From the NCBI GenBank assembly GCA_963555985.3, contig OY820591.1:608001-672000 (forward strand): a stretch of DNA of 64,000 bases, in the 5' to 3' direction. This document shows positions 1 through 8,824 of the stretch, one piece after another (position 1 is the stretch's first letter; the number at the start of each line of letters is the position of its first letter). Under the pieces are notes generated by a model. The model was not told the DNA's origin. It searched no databases and was given only the letters and a program-made list of their open reading frames with translations. The position numbers and the translations under genes were made by a program. This DNA is from Dehalococcoidia bacterium. GTDB taxonomy: Bacteria; Chloroflexota; Dehalococcoidia; Bin125.

Positions 1-263
1 TCCGCCCGTGCCGCGACGTAGAGCGCGTTCGGCGCGCCGCCGCGAGCTGGCTTGCGCTCCGCGAGCTTGGCCGCCTCGCGTAATGCATCCCGATCGGAAT
101 CGATCCCGATCGCCAGACAGTTGGCATATTCGCGTGCGAAACGCCGGGGCCAGGCGCCGTCTCCCGTGCCCAGATCGACCAGCGTCGATGAAAACCGTCT
201 GCGTAATTCGTCGAATTCGGCCTGGTCCAGCTTGCGCGGGCCGCGTCGGGTGATGATCTCCAT
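1..263 (-). CDS. 16S rRNA m1A1408 methyltransferase-like protein (NpmA/KamB family), N-terminal part, runs off window edge
   Basis: Own translation from ATG at 263: MEIITRRGPRKLDQAEFDELRRRFSSTLVDLGTGDGAWPRRFAREYANCLAIGIDSDRDALREAAKLAERKPARGGAPNALYVAARA; DLGTGDG, IGID and KPxxGGxxN motifs as in NpmA/KamB. Not in the ORF track because there is no stop in the window. Confidence 0.75.
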   Translation of the reverse strand, partial: MEIITRRGPRKLDQAEFDELRRRFSSTLVDLGTGDGAWPRRFAREYANCLAIGIDSDRDALREAAKLAERKPARGGAPNALYVAARA

Positions 264-321
264 GCCACTTCCCCGTAGGGCAGACTAGAATCCCCGAGGC
301 ACTGGCTGATCACAAGTAAGG

Positions 322-1446
322 ATGCCTCCTATGCCGACCCCCGCGCGAGTGATTTTTCTGCCCGAAGCCGACGAACCGCTGGCCATTGAACGCGTCGACC
401 TGCCCGACCCCACCGACTTCCAGGTCGTCGTCCGCCAGTTCGCCTCCGGCATCTGCCACTCGCAGTTGCACCAGATGCACAACCCACGCAACGGCGATCA
501 GATCCTCGGTCACGAAGCGACCGGGGAAGTGATCAAGGTCGGCGCACAGGTGACCAACGTGCAGGTGGGCGACATCGTGTTTGTCACCTGGGTGCCGCGT
601 AATGCCGAAACGGCCATCCGCGAGGTGGATGAGATCGTCGTGGAGCGCCCGAACGGCCGCACCGCTACCACCCGCAACGTCTTCACCTGGGCCGACACGA
701 CGATCGCGGACGAGAAGTACATCGTCAAGGTCCCGCAGGACACCCGCCGCGATGTGACCTCGATCATCGGTTGCGCGGTGTTGACCGGCTCCGGCGCGGT
801 CTACAACACCGCCGCCGTGCGCGAGGGCGACAGCGTGGCCATCTTCGGCGTCGGCGGCGTGGGGCTGTCGGCGGTGGTCGCGGCGTCGGTGGTCAAGGCT
901 GATCCGATCATTGCGGTCGATCTCGACGACAAGAAGCTCGAATTCGCCAAGCGCTTCGGCGCCACCCACGGCGTCAACGCGGGACAGGGCGACGCGATTG
1001 AGCAGATCAAGGAACTGACCGGCGGCCCGGCCGGAGTCACGACCAGCTTCGGCGAGCCGATCTCAGGCGTGGACTTCGCCTTCGACTGCATCGGCCGCAA
1101 GGTCACGATGGAGCAGATCCTGCGCGCCGTCCGCCCCGGCATTCTCGGAGCCGAAAGCGGCGGCACCGCCGTCCTGGTCGGCGTCCCGCACGAGGCCGGC
1201 GCCGAGTTTAGCCAGCAGGAGATGATGAGCCTGCTGATCAACGAGAAGAAGTACATCGGCTCAATCGGCGGCAGCTGCCGCCCCGACCGCGACTTCCCGA
1301 TGTTCCTGGCCTGGGCCGAAGACGGCGCACTCGACCTCGACGCGATGGTCACGGAGCGCTTCAAGATCGGTCAGATCAACGAGGCGACGGCGGCGTTGGA
1401 GCATGGCGAGATCTTCGGTCGGGCGATCATGGAGTTCGACGACTAA
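322..1446 (+). CDS. Zn-dependent alcohol dehydrogenase (MDR family)
   Basis: GICHS, GHE, GCAVLTG, GxGGVG motifs. Confidence 0.9.
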   Translation: MPPMPTPARVIFLPEADEPLAIERVDLPDPTDFQVVVRQFASGICHSQLHQMHNPRNGDQILGHEATGEVIKVGAQVTNVQVGDIVFVTWVPRNAETAIREVDEIVVERPNGRTATTRNVFTWADTTIADEKYIVKVPQDTRRDVTSIIGCAVLTGSGAVYNTAAVREGDSVAIFGVGGVGLSAVVAASVVKADPIIAVDLDDKKLEFAKRFGATHGVNAGQGDAIEQIKELTGGPAGVTTSFGEPISGVDFAFDCIGRKVTMEQILRAVRPGILGAESGGTAVLVGVPHEAGAEFSQQEMMSLLINEKKYIGSIGGSCRPDRDFPMFLAWAEDGALDLDAMVTERFKIGQINEATAALEHGEIFGRAIMEFDD

Positions 1447-1495
1447 TCCCCGCTGCACGCGGGGACCCGCTCCCCACTCCCTCATTCCCGCGGCC
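1447..1495. repeat. REP-like palindrome (TCCCCG..CGGGGAC family) plus partial CATTCCCG unit
   Basis: TCCCCGCTGCACGCGGGGA hairpin; related copies near 25640-25720 and 54248-54280. Confidence 0.65.
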
Positions 1496-1511
1496 GGCGT
1501 CCTATGAGGCT

Positions 1512-2276
1512 TCACTCCGAAGCGAGGAACTCGCTGATGTCCGGCTTGTCGGACAGCAACGCCGTCATCGCTTGCACCGCATCCACCACAGAACCGAAGG
1601 ACTGCAAGACGATCTCACCTCTGTCGGACTTCAACAACACCTCGACCTCCGAAAGCCGAGCCGGCAGCGAATCCACGTCGACATCCAAGACACGACCAAC
1701 GGATTCTTGCAGATCAGCGCTGATCACCTTCACGAGATCTGCGCCCACTTGCGCCTGAGCCTCCTCATCCAAATCCTGCCACACGTCGAATGCCGCCCTG
1801 GGTATGTCTCGATTCTTCTCGGGCCAGTCGAAGTCCACATCGTGTTCGAGCAGCGTGCCTACCATGTGCTCGAACGGCACTTCGAGAATCTCGACTCCGA
1901 AACTGCGCAGCAACTCCTTCGACGGCCCGGACCATCTGCCAGCCAGCACCGCGATCGACTTGCGAATCGTCGGGTAGGTTTTGCGAAGATTGTAGTGAGC
2001 CACGCAGAGCCAGCTCACCTTATCGCGATTGTGCTTCGTGTAGCGGATGTACTTGGGATCGATCAGGATGATCGGATTGTCGTCGCTGTCGAACACGACC
2101 GCGTCAATTTGGTAGGTGTTATTGGTCCCATTGACCATTTTCTCCGGCCTGATGCTGCAATCGCGCTCAGCAACCGCTGTCCGCAAGCACTCCACGACGG
2201 CGGCTTCGAACACCTTGCCGACGGCTTCGCCCAACGCGCTCGCCGGATTGGATACCGTCCTCTTCGCAGACGCCAT
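1512..2276 (-). CDS. Putative type II restriction endonuclease (PD-(D/E)xK fold)
   Basis: QIDAVV..IILIDPK motif; 10 bp downstream of a DNA methyltransferase. Confidence 0.7.
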   Translation of the reverse strand: MASAKRTVSNPASALGEAVGKVFEAAVVECLRTAVAERDCSIRPEKMVNGTNNTYQIDAVVFDSDDNPIILIDPKYIRYTKHNRDKVSWLCVAHYNLRKTYPTIRKSIAVLAGRWSGPSKELLRSFGVEILEVPFEHMVGTLLEHDVDFDWPEKNRDIPRAAFDVWQDLDEEAQAQVGADLVKVISADLQESVGRVLDVDVDSLPARLSEVEVLLKSDRGEIVLQSFGSVVDAVQAMTALLSDKPDISEFLASE

Positions 2277-2286
2277 GTCCGACTCC

Positions 2287-3651
2287 TCACTTCGTAACCG
2301 TTACGATGCTCTCTCGGAGCGGAACCTTGTGTCGTTGAGAGTTGTTCGCCCATTTCTCGCCCCTCTTCCGAATGACCTCCACGTCGTAATCGGAAAAGCC
2401 GACCGCAACAGACAACTCGCCGATCAGTTCATCCGTACGGACGTGAACGCCGTACGGCGCTGAGTCGCCAAGCACCAGGATGAAGCTGCCGCCCGGTTTG
2501 AGAACGGCGTAGGCCCCTTGAATGACCTGCAACATATCCTCGAAGTAGCCAGCGACGAGCAGGTCGTATGCCTTCTTTCCGCCCTTCACCATGCGCAGTT
2601 CCGACAATTCCTCAATCATGCCAACCAACTCGGCCTGAATCCCCGGACTCACCGCCTTGACGCCGGGGCACAACCGGACGTCTTGCATGGCCGTCCTCCG
2701 GATCTGCGTCGTCGCGGCGATGATCAGGCGGTCGCGGACTTCGCGCGTGATTTCCCCCCAAGTGTCGTACAGGCCCCAAAAGTAAGTTTCCAAGCGTGTG
2801 CGATCCGCGTAGTCGTAGTTATTCAGGTAGGGGGGTGACGTGAGCATGAGATCGATGCTCTCGCATTCGGCGTGCTCCGTCAGGCTGCGGGCGTCGCCAT
2901 TCACGAGTCTGTGTTCGGAAGGCGGCGTGCTGAGCATCGTGCGCGAGGCCACGTCGTCCAGCATCAGGTTGCACCGCTTGTGAAACTCCTGAAATGCGTC
3001 TCGGGCCATAGTGCGTTTGGCAAATTTGCTCGGTGCGATGTATGGCCACCCGGCGCCGGCCGTGGTCACGATGCGAAGCGTCGCCGTCAGCGCCATCTTG
3101 AGGAAATCCTGACGGTGCTGGTCCGTTTCGAGAGTCAGGATCGCTTCGCGCAACGCGTACAGGTCATGCAGCGTGTTCGTCTCGAAGCACTTATAGACCA
3201 GCGATGGCCACACGTCATCGCAGCTGACGCCCGAACGACTGATGGCGCTCGCCTCTTCGAGCACCCGATGAATGTCGTTCGTCAGCTGATCCAGGTCGTA
3301 GTCGAAGTGCATTTTGGTCTGCGCGACCCAGAACACGAAGGGGTGGGCTTCGACGCCCAGCGAATTGATGCCCGACTCCCTGGCCGCCAGAGTCGTCGTG
3401 CCCGTCCCCAGGAAGGGATCGGCGATCCAGTCCCCCTCGCCCAATCCGAACTGGTCAATCTTGGTCGATACCAGCTTGTGGGAATAGCCCGCCGGATACG
3501 TGAACCAGCGGTGAATCGGGGCGCGGAGGCTGTCCCGGAAGGAGCCGTAGCCGCTCGGATCCTCGCAAACCGCAGCCTGGTCCTCACTGGCGGCAAGCCC
3601 GCCGGGTTCAGAGCGGTCCGCGTAAACAGCGCCTCTGTCGGACATAACCAC
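2287..3651 (-). CDS. DNA methyltransferase, probably N4-cytosine
   Basis: Motif I DPFLGTGTT followed by motif IV TSPPY; IHRWFTYPAGYS N-terminal block. Confidence 0.9.
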   Translation of the reverse strand: MVMSDRGAVYADRSEPGGLAASEDQAAVCEDPSGYGSFRDSLRAPIHRWFTYPAGYSHKLVSTKIDQFGLGEGDWIADPFLGTGTTTLAARESGINSLGVEAHPFVFWVAQTKMHFDYDLDQLTNDIHRVLEEASAISRSGVSCDDVWPSLVYKCFETNTLHDLYALREAILTLETDQHRQDFLKMALTATLRIVTTAGAGWPYIAPSKFAKRTMARDAFQEFHKRCNLMLDDVASRTMLSTPPSEHRLVNGDARSLTEHAECESIDLMLTSPPYLNNYDYADRTRLETYFWGLYDTWGEITREVRDRLIIAATTQIRRTAMQDVRLCPGVKAVSPGIQAELVGMIEELSELRMVKGGKKAYDLLVAGYFEDMLQVIQGAYAVLKPGGSFILVLGDSAPYGVHVRTDELIGELSVAVGFSDYDVEVIRKRGEKWANNSQRHKVPLRESIVTVTK

Positions 3652-3911
3652 CTCCGTTCATCGGAGTCTACCTCACGGCAACCATCCCCGATAGGCCGTT
3701 CGACGATCCTGCCGACGCCAACACCCAATGTCGCCCTGCCGTGGCTGACCGCCTAAGCCCGCCGACGGCTCGGCGATGGCCTCGCCTCAGCCTTCAGCCT
3801 CTCTGGACCCGCTCACATAACCCTCTCTCCATAAGTCATCCGTCTTATCGTATCGGCTGTAATACCTCTCGTACTCTCCAAATAGGCTTTAGACTTATCC
3901 GGTCGTCCGAG

Positions 3912-4874
3912 CTAGTCGCCGACCAGTTCCTCATATCTGATTTCAACTCTACTCGAGGGACTCTCTTTGCTTGCCGATTCTCGCTCGACTCCGATGTCAA
4001 TTGCAATCAGGTAGAAGGTCTTACCGGCGTGCTCAAGCCGAGAGGGCGATTCCAACTCTGCCCCATCGGGCGGAGTGAACACCAAATGACGATTTGAGCA
4101 GTTGAAAACTACTAAGTATCCCAGGCCCTCATTGTAGTCGTTAGCGTATCGCAGTACCTGATGGAAGCCTTGCCTAATGTGGCTCCTGCCTTTGCCCCGA
4201 TCCGGATCAAAGATCTTAACTTCCAAGACGATCGGATCTGCCGACCCGAGCGAAGCAACGATGTCGGCTTTGCCCGAAGGGGACGCAGGCTGCGAGAATG
4301 GATAATCGACTCCTCCGTCGAAAAGACTTTCTCGTAAGGTATGGTCAAGTTGCTTTTCTCCTATACTCGTATCCGCTCGATACAACTGGTACAACTCCTC
4401 GCGCCGAAACCACTCTGTTCTGAATTTGAACCGCTCAACCAGATACAACACATTGCCGGCTTCGTCAAGATGATCATGTAGGAAGTTCAACAACGGGTCG
4501 ACAACCGCTTCCGTTAGATCGCTGAGAATGTCCTGAAAGCGATTTTCATGGCTGAACTTCCCGCCCCAATTCAACGCCTGTCTTTCGCTGTCATCATAAG
4601 CACATTGCTTCAGAATCTCCAGACATACCTTAGCCCTCCCAACTTCCGACTTGGGAAACCGCAGCCCTCTGCTGGTCGAGATGTCGGTGATCCATTGATC
4701 GAATTCCACTGCATCGCTCGATTCGATCATTGCCAGCAGCGAGCGCAGGTAAGGGTTGCTGTCAAGAAACTCCAGCAGAAAGCGCAGTTCGGTCTCATAG
4801 TGCTCGTACTTGATCTTGTACAGGCGATTCCTCCTGTCTTGGAGCTGGACGCGGAGATTGAGAAGATAGCGCAT
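3912..4874 (-). CDS. Hypothetical protein with C-terminal PD-(D/E)xK nuclease-like domain
   Basis: GKADIV..PIVLEVK..QVLRYA; visibly lower GC than neighbours. Confidence 0.6.
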   Translation of the reverse strand: MRYLLNLRVQLQDRRNRLYKIKYEHYETELRFLLEFLDSNPYLRSLLAMIESSDAVEFDQWITDISTSRGLRFPKSEVGRAKVCLEILKQCAYDDSERQALNWGGKFSHENRFQDILSDLTEAVVDPLLNFLHDHLDEAGNVLYLVERFKFRTEWFRREELYQLYRADTSIGEKQLDHTLRESLFDGGVDYPFSQPASPSGKADIVASLGSADPIVLEVKIFDPDRGKGRSHIRQGFHQVLRYANDYNEGLGYLVVFNCSNRHLVFTPPDGAELESPSRLEHAGKTFYLIAIDIGVERESASKESPSSRVEIRYEELVGD

Positions 4875-4881
4875 GTTGCCT

Positions 4882-5124
4882 CTAGCACTTGATCGTGATT
4901 GTCGTGTTGAGTTTTTTGAACTCGCGTTTGAGGTCGTTCAAGGCGCTGTCAAGCTCCTCAGCCGCGCGGTGGGTGCTGGCATCTTGATCCACAAGTCGAA
5001 TGCTGGCTTTGCAGGCAGAGCAAAAGACAGTCTCTTGCAGGCGAATCGCGCGCAGCTGTATATCCATGGCGAACCCACACCGTGGACAATCCACAGTTAC
5101 GCAGTAGTCATCTAGGGGAGGCAT
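4882..5124 (-). CDS. Small Zn-ribbon protein with C-terminal coiled coil
   Basis: CPRC..CSAC pairs; 7 bp upstream of the nuclease-like gene; start moved to ATG 5124. Confidence 0.6.
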   Translation of the reverse strand: MPPLDDYCVTVDCPRCGFAMDIQLRAIRLQETVFCSACKASIRLVDQDASTHRAAEELDSALNDLKREFKKLNTTITIKC

Positions 5125-5412
5125 AGCTCGCTCCAATCTTTGCCCCAGCACGAAGGGGCCACTCACGTGTTGATATTACACCATGTCGGCCCTAAACAGG
5201 CACACCCTCGGCTTCGACAAATCCTCCGCCATCCCGAGGGCCGGGGTCTCGAACTCAAATCGCGCCACGACCGTCGGGGTCGAGACCATGAAGATCGTCA
5301 ACAATGTTCCGCCCCTCGCCGAAATGCACGAGAATGAACGTGCGATATCCACCCGCCCGACGCTGCGCGCCAATCCAGACTCAGGCCGCTAGGCTGATTC
5401 CGGGAGTCCGCC

Positions 5413-5722
5413 ATGCCCACCCAAGTCAGGGCCCGCTACGCCGACGGCACACTCGAGCCGTTTGAGCCGCTCGACCTCGCCGAGGGCTGCCTGGTCACCC
5501 TCTCTGTCTCGGAAGAGCCTGAAGCAGAGCCGGAATCGCTGCTCGAACTGTTCGAGCGCCTGCACCGCGATTAGCCGACGGAGACGCGGGTCCCATGCCG
5601 CCCGACGGCGCCAGGAACTACAAGCACTACCTCTACAGCCACCCCAAGGCAGCGGACTGACGCGAACAGTCTTCGCCGACGCGGGATTCCGGACTGGCCT
5701 GCTCCGTGAAGACCGGCTCTGA
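5413..5722 (+). pseudogene. Decayed DUF104/AF2212-type antitoxin plus 5' stub of a PIN toxin
   Basis: MPTQVRARYADGTLEPFEPLDLAEG.. stops at TAG 5572-5574, resumes out of frame as PPDGARNYKHYLYSHPK (to 5660); then RTVFADAG.. resembling a VapC N-terminus. Confidence 0.6.
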
Positions 5723-5772
5723 CGCAACGGCCCCGTGCGCGGCCTCGGCTACAACCAGTATTCGGATGAGGA

Positions 5773-6321
5773 TTAGTCGGACGAGAGCAGGGCGGTGATG
5801 CGCTGCTGTTGCGACCGCTCAAGCTTGGCGCAACTGGCGCGGGCGCGCAGGGTGTCGGTCAAGGCGGTGAAGACGGCGGCGTTGGGGTCGTTGAGTTGCT
5901 CATCCAACGCTGTGCGAAACCATGCGACGACCTGATCCCATGGCCATTCTGTGCAGTCGCCGTTGACGGCTATGAGCCCACCCGGGAAGTCGCCCGGGCC
6001 GACGGCCCCAGCTATGAGCGCCTCAACACTCCGCTCGCTGTGGCCTGAGCGTTCGGCGATTTGGTTGATTGTCACAAACGACGTGTCAACGACGCCAACG
6101 ACCTTGACCCCGCCGACGCTCTCAACCTGCCGGACTCCGGTGAGCACGGCTTCTTCGAGACACTCCCCGTCTCGCATAAAGCCCGCGTACTGAACGCCGC
6201 TACGCCAATGGGGGCTGATGTCGTCGTTGGTCGATGCCGACGCGTGAGACAGTGCGCTGAGCGCGTCGTCTTCCATCAGGTCGCGGCCTTCGACGATCAG
6301 GTCGAAATCCCAGCGTGTCAT
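5773..6321 (-). CDS. HicB-like/HTH antitoxin-type DNA-binding protein
   Basis: Start MTRWDFDL at 6321 overlapping upstream stop (ATGA); VTINQIAERSGHS HTH; GPGDFP. Confidence 0.6.
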   Translation of the reverse strand: MTRWDFDLIVEGRDLMEDDALSALSHASASTNDDISPHWRSGVQYAGFMRDGECLEEAVLTGVRQVESVGGVKVVGVVDTSFVTINQIAERSGHSERSVEALIAGAVGPGDFPGGLIAVNGDCTEWPWDQVVAWFRTALDEQLNDPNAAVFTALTDTLRARASCAKLERSQQQRITALLSSD

Positions 6322-6560
6322 GTCAACTCTCCATGGCGTTGATGCGGACACCTGGTCATGGCGCGTCGCAGATACTCCGCATGGGCGCCCGGGTTGCGCG
6401 GAGTCGAGAAGATCGGCTCGCGGCATCCTTGCCGGCTGGATTCGGGACAGAGCATGCGTCCCCAGTTGTGACCGCGCGGCGACCGAACAATGCGCCAACC
6501 CGCTCGCTCCGCTTCCCGCAGGGCATCCTCGATCTCCTTCTTCGGATGTCGCTCTCTCAC
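6318..6560 (-). CDS. HicA-like small toxin
   Basis: 80 aa basic protein HPKKEIEDAL..GW..HNWG..STPRNP; coupled to downstream HTH gene. Confidence 0.6.
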   Translation of the reverse strand: MRERHPKKEIEDALREAERAGWRIVRSPRGHNWGRMLCPESSRQGCREPIFSTPRNPGAHAEYLRRAMTRCPHQRHGELT

Positions 6561-6583
6561 GGACTAACGCTAGCTGATGCGAC

Positions 6584-7792
6584 TCAGGCAAGCAGCAGCG
6601 GGATCTCCATCTCCTCCGGACGCAGGCCGGCGTGGTGGCCGATTAGTTTGAACTGGGGATTGCCGGCCTCTCCGTAGGTGATGATTTTGGCCTTGTTCGT
6701 GATCGCGATGTGAGTGCCGATCCGTTCCGCCGAGGCTGCCGACAGCGTGCCCGCGCCGAACAGTTGCAGCGCCTCAAACTCGGCCCGGCTCAGCAGCGCC
6801 CAGTCTTGGCCCCAACGCTCGCGGAATTTGGCCGCGAAGCGGCGTTCGCGGCCGGGGCGGACGCAGAACATCGGCACGCGGGGTTCTCCGAACGGGGCCG
6901 TGTGCAGATCGTCCAGCAACGGATCGTGGGGCAGGATCGTGGCCTTGTCCGCTTCGGCGATGTGGAGTTCGCCGTGATCGGGAGTGACGGCGATCCGCGC
7001 GCGGCCCGCGAACTGATCGCGGAGTTCGGTCAGGGCGCGGTCAACCGCGTTCAGCGCCCGCTGCGCGTCGCTGCTGTTCGGTCCCGCGCGATGCGAAGCG
7101 GCGTCCAGCATGGGCAGGTAGAGATAGTGAACGCCGCCTTCGTTCTGATCGACGATCCGGCGCACGACGGCGGCGACGGCGTTGCGGAGGTGGTCATACG
7201 GATCGGTCGGCCACTCGCCCCGCGAGTAGAGGTTGAATTCGCTGTGAGCGATCTGGCGGGGGTGATAGGTGCGCAGATGTGTATCGATCTGCGCTAGGCG
7301 CGAGGGGTAGGCGAACGCCTCATTGGGACGGACCCCGAATTGGCGCAGGGGGCGATTGCTGATGCGCTCGACGTAGGGCAGGATCGTGGCTGTGATATTG
7401 CGGTCGTGTAAGTGCGTGTTCCAGGCGGGAATGCCGTGTTGGGACGGCCAGACGCCTGTAGCCAACGTCGTCAGCGCCGCCGCCGTCGTCGAAGGGAAGA
7501 CGGCGCGCAGCTGCACCTCTTCCGCGCTGGCGAGGAATCCGTCAGGGCGGGCGCGCTCATGGAACACGCAGCCGAGTCCGTCAACGAGGACGAACAACAA
7601 CGGGCGCTCATGCCCGATCCGCTCAACGAGCTCAGCCGCTCGATCGTCGTCATCGCTCAGCGGAACGCCGCCGATGTTGGAGACGGCGCGGGCGAGGTCA
7701 ACCGTCGAAGGCGGCGCGTCGCCTTCGAAGGGGTGGAGGAGATCGCCGTCGCGGAACCAGCGCTCGACACGCTCAACATCAGCGGACGCCAC
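6584..7792 (-). CDS. Alkaline phosphatase superfamily (nucleotide pyrophosphatase/phosphodiesterase)
   Basis: LVDGLG, FPSTTAAA, DAASH, TPDHG, GHHAG. Confidence 0.85.
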   Translation of the reverse strand: MASADVERVERWFRDGDLLHPFEGDAPPSTVDLARAVSNIGGVPLSDDDDRAAELVERIGHERPLLFVLVDGLGCVFHERARPDGFLASAEEVQLRAVFPSTTAAALTTLATGVWPSQHGIPAWNTHLHDRNITATILPYVERISNRPLRQFGVRPNEAFAYPSRLAQIDTHLRTYHPRQIAHSEFNLYSRGEWPTDPYDHLRNAVAAVVRRIVDQNEGGVHYLYLPMLDAASHRAGPNSSDAQRALNAVDRALTELRDQFAGRARIAVTPDHGELHIAEADKATILPHDPLLDDLHTAPFGEPRVPMFCVRPGRERRFAAKFRERWGQDWALLSRAEFEALQLFGAGTLSAASAERIGTHIAITNKAKIITYGEAGNPQFKLIGHHAGLRPEEMEIPLLLA

Positions 7793-7825
7793 CGCAATCT
7801 CGCAATCCAGCGCCGGCGCCGAACG

Positions 7826-7870
7826 CCCCCTTCAGTCCCTACGGGACAGCTTCCCCCGGAGGGGGAAGCG
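7826..7870. repeat. REP-like double hairpin (CCCCCT..GTCCCTACGGGAC..TTCCCCC family)
   Basis: Reverse-orientation relative of copies at 46475 and 62560. Confidence 0.65.
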
Positions 7871-7884
7871 GGAATCTTCGGCGA

Positions 7885-8742
7885 TTAGATCTGAGAGTAG
7901 CCGGATCCTGGCGAGGTGACGCCGGTGCCGGCCGGCTCCTTGCCGCCCATGTCCCAGCCGAACTCCTTCAGGATCTCCTGCGAGTAGGTCACCCGGCCGG
8001 AGACCTTGTCCAGCGGCTCGGTGGCGAGCAGCAGCGCCGCCTGCGCCATGATCTCGACCGACTCGCTGTCGTTGGGGTCGCGGCCTTCCATCAGGCGATG
8101 GTGGACGACGCCCGGGGTGGGCACGATCTGCGAGGGGCTGTAGCAGGTGACCGAGACGCCGTACTGATGGACCTCGGAGGCGAGTCCCTGCGTGAAGCGC
8201 TCCAGCGCCGCCTTCTCCGCGCCGTAGAGCGTGCCCCCGCCGCCGTCGCCCTCGTACGGGCCTCGGCCCGGGCCGATGGCCGCCGCCGAGGAGACGTTCA
8301 CGATCGCCCCGCTGCCGCGCTCGATCATGCCGCCCTCATTCAGGCAGAGTTGGCTCATGTAGAAGGGGCCGTGGAAGTTGACCGCAGTCGAACGCAGCCA
8401 GCGGCGAATCGGGAAGTCTTTGACCGGGATGAAGTAGGTCAGCGCCGCGTTGTTGACGAGCACGTCGGGCTGGCCGTAGGTGTCGAGGCAGGACTGCACG
8501 ATCCCGGCGCACTCTTCGTACTCGGAGACGTTGCCGGCCACCGCAGTCGCCTCGCCGCCCGCGTCGCGGATGTTCTTGATCGTCATTTCGAGCGAACCGG
8601 GCAGCGGGTGCGTGCCCTCTTGCACCGTCCGCGCGGTCGCGATCACCTTCGCGCCTTCAGCCGCGAAACACTCCGCAATTGCTGCGCCGATCCCGCGGCT
8701 CGCGCCGGTCACGATCGCGACCTTGCCGTCCAACTTGCCCAT
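7885..8742 (-). CDS. SDR family oxidoreductase
   Basis: TGASRGIG, NNA, YGAEK; start MGKLDGK at 8742. Confidence 0.9.
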   Translation of the reverse strand: MGKLDGKVAIVTGASRGIGAAIAECFAAEGAKVIATARTVQEGTHPLPGSLEMTIKNIRDAGGEATAVAGNVSEYEECAGIVQSCLDTYGQPDVLVNNAALTYFIPVKDFPIRRWLRSTAVNFHGPFYMSQLCLNEGGMIERGSGAIVNVSSAAAIGPGRGPYEGDGGGGTLYGAEKAALERFTQGLASEVHQYGVSVTCYSPSQIVPTPGVVHHRLMEGRDPNDSESVEIMAQAALLLATEPLDKVSGRVTYSQEILKEFGWDMGGKEPAGTGVTSPGSGYSQI

Positions 8743-8824
8743 TGCAGTCTCCAGACTCTGATCTCTCAGTGCTTCGAACGTCGCTTGCAGGCAGCATAAC
8801 GCCGACCCGCGATACCCTCCGCCC

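Noticed and set aside
5140-5392. LRQILRHPEGRGLELKS resembles an AlbA_2 N-terminus
   Set aside because: Too short and not continued in frame; cannot be supported without a search
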